A stretch of 64,000 nt of DNA, from the NCBI GenBank assembly GCA_035502035.1, contig DATJUZ010000049.1:5475-69474 (forward strand), written 5' to 3'. Under the pieces are notes generated by a model. That model had not been told where the DNA came from, did no database searches, and saw only the letters and a program-made list of their open reading frames with translations. Within the stretch, counting starts at the first letter, position 1, and each line of letters starts with the position of its first letter. This document shows positions 1-7,956 of this stretch, in pieces. The stretch is from Thermoplasmata archaeon (lineage in GTDB: Archaea; Thermoplasmatota; Thermoplasmata; Lutacidiplasmatales; UBA184). The translations under genes and the position numbers were made by a program.

Positions 1-2
1 GG

Positions 3-440
3 TACGACCCGGCGGTCGGCGCGTTCACCCAGACGTTCGGAGGATCGGCGCTGGACGCGAGCGCGCTGAGGGTCCCGCTGGTCGGTTTCCTGCCGCCGGA
101 CGACCCGCGGGTGCTGAGCACGGTCGACGCGGTCCAGCGCCAGCTGGCGGAGGGGCCGTTCGTCTACCGCTACCGGGAGCGGGACGGACTGGACGGACCG
201 GAGGGCTCGTTCCTCCTCTGCTCGTTCTGGCTCGTCGAGTGCCTCGCCAAGAGCGGCAAGATCGACCGGGCGAAGGCGAACTGGCACGCGCTCCTCGAGA
301 CCGCGGGCCCGCTCCTGCTGTTCTCCGAGCAGTACGACCCCCGCGCCGGCCTCGCGCTCGGGAACTACCCGCAGGCGTTCACCCACATCGGTCTGCTCCG
401 GGCCGCGCTCGCGCTCGGCCTTGTCGCCTCCGACGAGTGA
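3..440 (+). CDS. Glycoside hydrolase family 15 (glucoamylase/trehalase-type), C-terminal fragment; the 5' end lies outside the window
   Basis: The frame is open from position 3. The translation ...FLLCSFWLVECLAKSGKIDRAKANWHALLE...FSEQYDPRAGLALGNYPQAFTHIGLL matches the conserved C-terminal (alpha/alpha)6 region of GH15 enzymes. Confidence 0.65.
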   Translation, partial: YDPAVGAFTQTFGGSALDASALRVPLVGFLPPDDPRVLSTVDAVQRQLAEGPFVYRYRERDGLDGPEGSFLLCSFWLVECLAKSGKIDRAKANWHALLETAGPLLLFSEQYDPRAGLALGNYPQAFTHIGLLRAALALGLVASDE

Positions 441-552
441 TCGGCGACCGCGGCGTCGTCCGGCGGCCTTGGACGCGGGAGACGTCGTCCCGGCCCTAGC
501 GGCGGACGAGGCAGGGCGGCCGGGGGGCCGGAACGGCGGGGAAGGCCCCGCG

Positions 553-1656
553 TCAGTCGGCCGCCGCCTCGATCTGGAGGAGGGGGCTCGTCGGAGCGTG
601 GGCCGAGCTGCGGGGCGTCCGACGAAGGTAGTTGACGGACGCCTCAAAGACCCGATCCCGCACGCTGGCGAGGTCGGTCCATCGGAACAGCGACGGCTCG
701 AGGTAGCAGGCGAGCGCGCACTTGTTGCAGGACTCGTACGGAGCCCAGTCGAACGAGTTCCACAGCGTGCGGACGTCGACGTCCCAGACCGGCATCGACC
801 CTTGGTACTCCTGCAGGACGTAGCACGGCAGCACGATGCGGCCGGACGGGTCGATGTTGATCGTCAGCCAGGGCTTGCAGCGCCACGGGGTCCCGCCGTA
901 CCAGGATCCGAGGATCGCGTCGAAGTACTCGACCGACTCGAGGAGCGGCGCGCCGCTCTTGCGCAGATCGCGGAGCCGCTCGATCACGGGCCGGAGCTGC
1001 TCGCGCTCCGGCGACATCGCGTCGGCGGTGCGGTAGTCGTAGGCGATCTGGACCGTGAGCCCGACCCCGAGGCGCTCGGCGAGCTCGACGACCATCTCGG
1101 CCTGGTCGACGTTCTCCCGCGTCACCGTGTGGCTGATGATCGTCGGGACGTCGGAGCGCGAGGCCTTCATGCCACGGACGGCGCGCTCGAACGACCGGGG
1201 GATGCCGCGCAGCCGGTCGTGACGCTCGCCGATGCCGTCCAGGGACACGAACAGCAGGTCGAGGTGCGGCGCGATCTCGGAGAGCCTCTGCTCGAGGAGC
1301 CAGCCGTTGGTCACGAGCGAGGTGTGGAACCGGGCGTGCGCCTCCCGGAGGATCGGACCGACGTCGCGTCGCAGCAGCGGTTCGCCTCCCTCGAAGCCGA
1401 GGAACGAGACCCCCGCCCGGGCGAGCGCCTCCATCAGGCGGACCTCCTCCGCAAGGCCGAGGAGGGGCTCGTCCTCGCGCCGCCAGAACGGGCACATCTT
1501 GCACTCGAGGTTGCAACGATAGAGGAGCTTGTGGCCCGCGATCACGGGGCTCCGCTCCCCCGCGAGGTTGCGCAGGGCGCGCTGCAGGCTCCGCAGGACG
1601 ACGGGCTTGACTACGGCCATCGCACCCCGCCCGGGGAGGGTCGATCGCGTCGGCAT
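553..1656 (-). CDS. Radical SAM enzyme with a C-terminal SPASM/twitch-like Cys cluster
   Basis: CNLECKMC (Cx3Cx2C) is a radical-SAM cluster motif. The C-terminus has further cysteines: CKPW...LPCYV...CNKCALACY. The start may instead be the internal Met at 1620 (MAVVKPV...). Confidence 0.7.
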   Translation of the reverse strand: MPTRSTLPGRGAMAVVKPVVLRSLQRALRNLAGERSPVIAGHKLLYRCNLECKMCPFWRREDEPLLGLAEEVRLMEALARAGVSFLGFEGGEPLLRRDVGPILREAHARFHTSLVTNGWLLEQRLSEIAPHLDLLFVSLDGIGERHDRLRGIPRSFERAVRGMKASRSDVPTIISHTVTRENVDQAEMVVELAERLGVGLTVQIAYDYRTADAMSPEREQLRPVIERLRDLRKSGAPLLESVEYFDAILGSWYGGTPWRCKPWLTINIDPSGRIVLPCYVLQEYQGSMPVWDVDVRTLWNSFDWAPYESCNKCALACYLEPSLFRWTDLASVRDRVFEASVNYLRRTPRSSAHAPTSPLLQIEAAAD

Positions 1657-2087
1657 CGACGGGGGGCCCGTCCGGCGAACGCGGGCGCTCGACGGTCCCC
1701 GGGACCGGGCGCCTCGAGCATCTCAGGCCGGGCTCCCCGAGGGAACGGGCGCCCCGAACCGCCGTGCCGGGGGGATGCGGGAGGACGCGAGGACCACCGC
1801 CCCCGAACCGGTTCCGTACGGCGAGAGCGAGCAGCGAACGGCCCCTCGGTGGGCGAGCGACATGAACGCCCCGGGAAAGAAAGGCCCGTGAGGTATTGAG
1901 CCCTCCTAGCGGGGTTCCTTCACGACGCGGCAGAGGACCGCAGCACCGGCTCGGCCGGGCACGACCCGCATCCGCAAGGGGCGCACCGGCGGCCCCCACG
2001 CTGCCGGACCCTGGCGCGCGCGGAAACCCAGCTGCCTGCGGCCGGTCGCTTCGGTCTCCGGGAACGACGGTCGGGTTCCGGGGGACC

Positions 2088-4220
2088 CTAGGTCGCGCTC
2101 GTCGCTGCGCCGGCCATCGGGAGCGGAACCGCGCCCTCGGGGGGTCCGGTCCGTGCCACCGCGAGGTGCGGGCGTCCGGCAGGGGCGATCGTCCCGCCGA
2201 CCCCGGTCCTCCGGGGCCGGGTCTCGGGGAGGCCGAGGAGCCGCCGGACGGTGTGCCGGATGTCGGAGATGTAGAGGTTGTCGTAGGGACAGTCTTCGAC
2301 GCAGTCGCCGACCCCGCAGCACTTCGTGCTGCGGAACTCGCCCTTCTGGCGGAAGTGGCCGGGCATGTCGACCAGCCCGACGGGGCACCCCTTCGCGCAG
2401 TCCAGGGTCGGGCAGTCGCGGCAGACCTGCTTGTCGCGGACCTTCAGCTTGAACGTCCCGATCTTCTGGAACGCCTGGGCGATGACGCCGGTGTAGCACC
2501 AGCCCATCGTGACGCAGTTGTAGTTCCCCGCGTAGGGGATCGCGACGAACAGGACGTACCAGGCGATCGAGAACGAAGCGACGAAGAAGAACACCGACGG
2601 GTCGGTGCCCTGGACGTAGAGGTGGAGCGTGCCGACCGAGTCGAGGTACGAAAGCACGGAGGTCCCGACGAGCCCCGTCATCACGAGGCCGATCGTCAGG
2701 GAGTAGGCCGCCGAGAACCGGCTCGAGAGGTACTTCCGCGCGACCGGGCTCGAACGGTTGAACGACTTCATCGCGTCGATCGCCGTCCCCTGGTACATCA
2801 ACGGGGCCGTGCAGAACACCGAGCAGACCACGCGGCGGCCGAAGAGCGCGGTCAGGACCCCGGTGAGCAGGTAGGTGGCGATCACCACCCCGAAGACTCC
2901 GGCGGCGAGCGGGTAGGAGCCGATCCCCATCGGCCAGCCCAGCACCGCGACCGTGCTCGGATCGGGGGCGGACGGGAACACCAGGGCGAAGTAGATGCTC
3001 GGGTAGAACACCGCGAAGGCGGCGTAGCACCCCATCATGAGGAGGAGACGGATCCGGTTCTCGAGGTTCCGGGTCTCCCGGAATTTGAAGGCGACCAGGG
3101 CACCCATCTCGAGGCCCATCATGATGAGGAACCACGAGGAGGCGGCGGCGGTGGCGAAGAACCAGAAGCCGTTCGACAGCGCGTTCAGGACGACGATGCC
3201 GGGGGCCCCGGCGAGCGGCAGGAACGGGAAGGCGCCGACGTAGTCGGCGGGGTCGAGCTGGACGCTCAGGACGGCGCCCATGCAGACCTCGGCCACGAAG
3301 ACGCCGGAGAGCAGCGCGAACGTCCAGGCTGGCCGGAGCTGCCACGGCGTCGTGGGGACCTCGTCGAACGACGACGGCCGGGCGAGCGCGACGTAGACGA
3401 CGACCATCTCGAGCACGATCGAGACCGCGAACGTCGTCGCGTCGCCGAAGTAGAGCCAGACGAACAGCCCGGCCATCATGAGCCCGAAGACGCTGACGAG
3501 CTCGACCAGGTACGCCCCGTAGCCGGCGGAGAACTGGCGGTGGCGGTAGAGGTACTCGAACAGGTAGACGAACAGCCCGATCATCAGGGCGCTCGAGACG
3601 TAGATCGCGAGCGCGGACCAGGTCGGCCCCCCGAGCGCGGGGGGAGAGAACAGCATGATCGCCGCCTGCACGAGGACGACGGCGAGGAGGGCGCGGGGAA
3701 GGCGGGAGCGCAGCAGGAGGGCCGTCAGGAACATCTCTGCCGCCATCGTGAAGATGAACCAGGGGGAGTCGACGCCCGAGACGAACACCCCGAGCCCGCC
3801 GCCGGCGATCGCCGCCCCGCCGGACGCGAGCTGGAGTCCCCAGCTCATGAGAAACTCGTTCACGAGGACCAGCGCCGCGATGAGGGAGACGGTGCCGAGC
3901 CCCAGGCGGACCGGCCCCTCCGCCGTCCGGGTCGCGGGGGCCCCCCGGCGGCGCGCCCTTGCGAGCGCCGCCAGCAGGGGCGCGAGCGACACCATCATGA
4001 GCAGACCGCTGACCGAAAGTCCGGTGACGAGTCCGGCCCCGGTCGGGTCGTCCCAGTAGATCACGGGCGCAACCCACATCTCGCCCATCATCGCGAGAAG
4101 GTAGAGACCGACCCAGCCGATGACGCGGCTCCGCGCCTCGACGATCGTCCAGAACAGCACCGCGGTCGCGATCGCCATCGCTCCCGCCACGACGCCGAAC
4201 ACGACCTCGGCTCCCAACAT
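2088..4220 (-). CDS. Large polytopic membrane protein (~20 predicted helices) with a C-terminal Cys-rich ferredoxin-like domain
   Basis: Hydrophobic throughout. The C-terminal ~100 aa carry two motifs, CRDCPTLDCAKGCP and CCGVGDCVEDCP (Cx2Cx4Cx3CP type). The N-terminal third is paralogous to the adjacent 4342..5373 gene (shared NE[FL]LM.W and SPWF[IV]F.MA.EM motifs). An internal repeat is also present. Confidence 0.6.
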   Translation of the reverse strand: MLGAEVVFGVVAGAMAIATAVLFWTIVEARSRVIGWVGLYLLAMMGEMWVAPVIYWDDPTGAGLVTGLSVSGLLMMVSLAPLLAALARARRRGAPATRTAEGPVRLGLGTVSLIAALVLVNEFLMSWGLQLASGGAAIAGGGLGVFVSGVDSPWFIFTMAAEMFLTALLLRSRLPRALLAVVLVQAAIMLFSPPALGGPTWSALAIYVSSALMIGLFVYLFEYLYRHRQFSAGYGAYLVELVSVFGLMMAGLFVWLYFGDATTFAVSIVLEMVVVYVALARPSSFDEVPTTPWQLRPAWTFALLSGVFVAEVCMGAVLSVQLDPADYVGAFPFLPLAGAPGIVVLNALSNGFWFFATAAASSWFLIMMGLEMGALVAFKFRETRNLENRIRLLLMMGCYAAFAVFYPSIYFALVFPSAPDPSTVAVLGWPMGIGSYPLAAGVFGVVIATYLLTGVLTALFGRRVVCSVFCTAPLMYQGTAIDAMKSFNRSSPVARKYLSSRFSAAYSLTIGLVMTGLVGTSVLSYLDSVGTLHLYVQGTDPSVFFFVASFSIAWYVLFVAIPYAGNYNCVTMGWCYTGVIAQAFQKIGTFKLKVRDKQVCRDCPTLDCAKGCPVGLVDMPGHFRQKGEFRSTKCCGVGDCVEDCPYDNLYISDIRHTVRRLLGLPETRPRRTGVGGTIAPAGRPHLAVARTGPPEGAVPLPMAGAATSAT

Positions 4221-4341
4221 CGTCCCTCCCGACCGGCGGTGCGCGCGGTGCTCCCACCGACGCCCCTTGCTTAAGGGCCCCGTACTTACTACAGGTCACG
4301 TTGGTAGGCGTTCGACCTCACCGGGGGGCATCGGCCCGCCC

Positions 4342-5373
4342 TCACCGGGGGCCCGGAACGCCCCCCGCCGGCCCCCTCTCCTGGGGCGACCGCCCTGCCA
4401 GCGGCACCGGCCGGAAGTGCCCGGGGTCGGTGACCGCGAAGAGGAAGACCGCCATCTGAAGGACCAGGGCCAGGGCGAAGATGTCCAGGCCGCCGTGGTC
4501 CACCCAGAGCACGAGCCCCCCCGCCATCGCTCCGAGCGATGCGAGGAGCGCCGCGAGGTACGTCCCCACGGCTCCCGCCGCCTCCTCGACCCGCATCGCG
4601 TCGCGGAGCACCAGGCCAACGACCAGCGCCATCAGCCCGCTGGCGACCACGGCGGTCCCCACGACCCAGGCGGCCCCGACGAGCGTCGGCGGCGAGCAGA
4701 CCATGATCACGGGCTGGACCCAGAGATAGGGGAGCATCCGCCGGGGCAGCGCCGCTCCGAGCCACCGGACCGTGAGCACCATCTCGAGGGCCATCGGAAA
4801 GACGAACCACGGTGAGGTCACCGCGAAGTCGAGGAGGCGCGCCACGTCGTCGCCGCGGGAGCCGAGCCCCGGGGCGAGTTGACCCGACAGCAGGCTGAAC
4901 GACCAGCCCATCAGGAGCTCGTTCAGGATCACGAGCCCGACCACGGAGACGACGAATCCCCGGCGGGCGACCGCGGCCGCCGGACCTCCCCCGCCGACGG
5001 GACCGGCGCGGAGCTGCCGAAAGAACCCTACGAAGACGAGCAGCACGCTGGCCGACATCACCGCCGACGCGACCCAGAGACCCTCGACGACCCCCCGGCC
5101 CCCCCCGACCGCGTAGTACACGAGGACGCCGAGGAACATCCCGGCCATCATCAGCAGCAGGAACTGGACCACGCTGGCCCGCAGCGGGCTCTCGGCGAAC
5201 GCAGCCCACTTGACCGCGACCGAGCTGATGAGCGTCATGCCGGTCGCCAGTCCGGCGAGGACCGCGATCACCCCGAGGTCCGTCATCGTACCGTCCGCGA
5301 GATCGTCCCGGGTCCCCGCCGCTGCTCGCCGTGGTGCGGCCGGGGCACCCGGCCCCGCGGATTTCCCTGCCAC
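4342..5373 (-). CDS. Polytopic membrane protein, paralogue of the N-terminal module of the 2088..4220 protein
   Basis: Shared motifs LNELLMGWSFSLLSG and SPWFVFPMALEMVLT match those of the neighbour. The true start is probably the internal Met at 5286 (MTDLGVIAVLAGL...). Confidence 0.5.
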   Translation of the reverse strand: MAGKSAGPGAPAAPRRAAAGTRDDLADGTMTDLGVIAVLAGLATGMTLISSVAVKWAAFAESPLRASVVQFLLLMMAGMFLGVLVYYAVGGGRGVVEGLWVASAVMSASVLLVFVGFFRQLRAGPVGGGGPAAAVARRGFVVSVVGLVILNELLMGWSFSLLSGQLAPGLGSRGDDVARLLDFAVTSPWFVFPMALEMVLTVRWLGAALPRRMLPYLWVQPVIMVCSPPTLVGAAWVVGTAVVASGLMALVVGLVLRDAMRVEEAAGAVGTYLAALLASLGAMAGGLVLWVDHGGLDIFALALVLQMAVFLFAVTDPGHFRPVPLAGRSPQERGPAGGVPGPR

Positions 5374-5741
5374 GCAAGACGTTCCGGGTCCCCCCGGGGG
5401 TCAGGCAGGGTCCGCCCGGTCCGGCGTAACGCCCCCGGCCGAAGGTCGCCCTCGGACCCGGACGCTCGCCCCCTCCTGCCCCCACCGGGGCGAGCACCCG
5501 CCCGGGGCCGGTCCCTTACGGCCGCGTCGATGTCCGAGGACCGCCGTTCCGCCCTTGCCCGAACGGCGGACCCCCCCGGGTCGAGCCGACCGCCGCGGTG
5601 CTGGCCTTCCCCTCGCGCCGCCCCGGACCCTGCGCCGAGAGGAGCCTCGGCGCAGGAGCCCCCTCCGCGGCCCGGGCCGGGACCCTGGAGCCGTCCGGTC
5701 GAAAGCGAAGATGACTTGAGGGGGTTCGCCGATTCCGGTCC

Positions 5742-7724
5742 GTGGCGGCGCGGCTGCTTCTGGTGATCTCCGCCCTTGCCCTCCTCGTGCTGAGTACGAG
5801 CGCCGGCGGCCTCCTCCGAGGGGCGACCTCGCTCGGCGACGCTGCCGTCCGGGCCCCGTTGTCCGCAGCGGCGCCGTCCGCAGGGGTCGTCCCGACGGGC
5901 GGTACGACCCCGCTGAGCCTGTCCCCGATCAGCGTCAGCACGGCCCCGGCCGGCTTGCTGATCGACACGACCAACGGCACGGCGTTCGTCGAGTCCGAGT
6001 ACGGCAACAACCTGACCGCGATCTCGCTCGCCACGGGCGAGACCACGGCGGTGATCCAGCTCGGCGACGAGCCGTATCCCCAGGCGCTCGCGCTCGACCC
6101 GACGAACTGGACGGTCTGGGTGGCGAACTCCGGCTCGGGCAACGTCAGCGATGTCTCGATCGGCGGCGGCTACGTCCTCGCGTCCGTCCCCGTCGGCGCC
6201 TCGCCGGATGCGGTCCTCGTGAACCCTTCCAACAAGGAGGTCTACGTCGCGAACGGCGGTTCGAGCTCGGTCAGCATCATCTCGCCGAGCACCGCGATCC
6301 CGACGGTCGTCTCGACGGTCCCGGTCGGGCCCGATCCGGACGGCCTGGCGGTCGACACGTCGAACCACGACGTCTTCGTCGCGGACGCGGGCGCGAACAA
6401 CGTCACGGTGATCTCGGGCAAGACGAACGCGGTCGCGCGGACGGTGCCCGTCGGCATCGAGCCGGGCGGCTACGGGGCGATGGTCTACGACCCGGCGACC
6501 GGGGACATCTACGTCGTCAACACCGCCTCCGACAACGTCAGCATCATCGGCGGGACCAACCTGACCGACTTCGCCTCCGTGACGGTCGGATCCGGCCCGG
6601 ACGCCATCGCGCTCGACAGCGCGACCGGCGACCTGTTCGTCGCGAACCGCTTCTCCGACAACGTCACGGTGATCGTCGCCAAGAACGGGACGGTCGCCGG
6701 TTCGATCCCGGTCGGCAGCCAGCCGGGCCTGCAGAACGGGATCGCGATCAACGCCAAGGCCGGGCTCGTCTACGTCGCGAACTCCGGCTCCGCCAACGTG
6801 AGCGTGCTCTCGGCGACGACGCTCCGGGTCGTCGGGACCGTCATGGTCCAGGACCTGCCGGTCGCGGTCGCCGTCGACCCGAACGGCGGCACGGTCTGGG
6901 TCGCGAACGAGGGTTCCTCGACCGTCTCGGTGTTCCTGCTCGCCCAGGCATCGTTCCGCGAGAGCGGGCTGCCGAACGGCGCCAACTGGACGCTCTCCAT
7001 CGGTACCCCTCCGGTCACGGTCACCGACACGGTCGCGAAGGGCAAGGGCCTGGTGTCGCTCTACCTCGCGAACGGCGTCTTCCCCTACAGCGTCGGCCTC
7101 CCCGGCGGCTACGGGTTCTCGAAGGTCACGGGCTCGAACACCCCGAGCCAGCACAGCCTGACCGTCTCGGGGCTCTCGGTGAAGTACAAGCTCACGTTCG
7201 GGCCGATCGAGAACCTCACCTTCGCCGAGAGCGGGCTCCCGTCCGGCGCCCTCTGGTCGGTCAGCCTGCAGCCGGTCGGGTCGAGCGGCGAGCCGGCCGG
7301 TTACAACCTCTCGACGAACAACGCTTCGATGACGTTCCAGGTCGTCAAGGGCGCCTGGCGCTGGGCGCTGACGACCGTCCCCAGTCCCTACGTTTCCAAG
7401 TCCACGCAGGGAAAGCTGCACGTGGGCACCCACGCGCTCACGAAGTCGCTCCGTTTCAAGGAGGTCGTCGCTACGGTCATCTTCGAGGAGGCCGGCCTCC
7501 CGAGCGGGACGTTCTGGCAGGTGAACGTCACGGGGCCGCTCAGCGAGAACCTGTCGTCGACCGGGGCGTCCATCACCTTCTCGCTGCCGAGCGGTACGTA
7601 CTCGTTCGAGGTCTGGAACTTCACCGCCTACAACGCCGAGCCGGTGAGCGGGACGTTCACGATCGTGGCTCCCCACCACCACCCGTACGTCGAGGCGATC
7701 AGCTACCTCTACACGGGCCCGTAG
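5742..7724 (+). CDS. Secreted or cell-surface protein: N-terminal signal peptide, YVTN-type beta-propeller repeats, then three copies of an F-x-E-S/A-G-L-P-x-G-x-x-W beta-sandwich-like module
   Basis: A hydrophobic leader MAARLLLVISALALLVLSTSA. Repeated ...VYVAN.GS..VSVI.. blades typical of YVTN/40-residue propellers. Many N-x-S/T sequons. The C-terminal repeats begin FRESGLPNGANW, FAESGLPSGALW and FEEAGLPSGTFW. Confidence 0.6.
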   Translation: MAARLLLVISALALLVLSTSAGGLLRGATSLGDAAVRAPLSAAAPSAGVVPTGGTTPLSLSPISVSTAPAGLLIDTTNGTAFVESEYGNNLTAISLATGETTAVIQLGDEPYPQALALDPTNWTVWVANSGSGNVSDVSIGGGYVLASVPVGASPDAVLVNPSNKEVYVANGGSSSVSIISPSTAIPTVVSTVPVGPDPDGLAVDTSNHDVFVADAGANNVTVISGKTNAVARTVPVGIEPGGYGAMVYDPATGDIYVVNTASDNVSIIGGTNLTDFASVTVGSGPDAIALDSATGDLFVANRFSDNVTVIVAKNGTVAGSIPVGSQPGLQNGIAINAKAGLVYVANSGSANVSVLSATTLRVVGTVMVQDLPVAVAVDPNGGTVWVANEGSSTVSVFLLAQASFRESGLPNGANWTLSIGTPPVTVTDTVAKGKGLVSLYLANGVFPYSVGLPGGYGFSKVTGSNTPSQHSLTVSGLSVKYKLTFGPIENLTFAESGLPSGALWSVSLQPVGSSGEPAGYNLSTNNASMTFQVVKGAWRWALTTVPSPYVSKSTQGKLHVGTHALTKSLRFKEVVATVIFEEAGLPSGTFWQVNVTGPLSENLSSTGASITFSLPSGTYSFEVWNFTAYNAEPVSGTFTIVAPHHHPYVEAISYLYTGP

Positions 7725-7956
7725 GGTCGGGCAACCCACGGGTCGTCGCCCATCGGCCGCGCGCGAGCCCCACCTTTAGCTCCGGTGGACCGACGGAGGG
7801 TCTCCCGGTGGGATGGTCGAACGAGCGCCTCGGTCTCGGGCTACGTCCGGGACCCTCGGCCGCGCGACGGCCCGCCCCGGGCCGTCCTCCCCTCGGTGGC
7901 AGTGTCGCCGTTCGCCCCCGGGACCGGACGGTCCCGGGGGTCCGCCAGCGCCCGGC

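Noticed and set aside
421-4299. Very long ORFs in alternative frames or on the opposite strand (421..1899 +, 644..1999 -, 1896..4274 +, 1906..4299 -)
   Set aside because: They are Arg/Pro/Gly/Asp-rich translations with no motifs, typical GC-rich shadow frames. They overlap the radical-SAM and membrane-protein genes, which have clear domain signatures.
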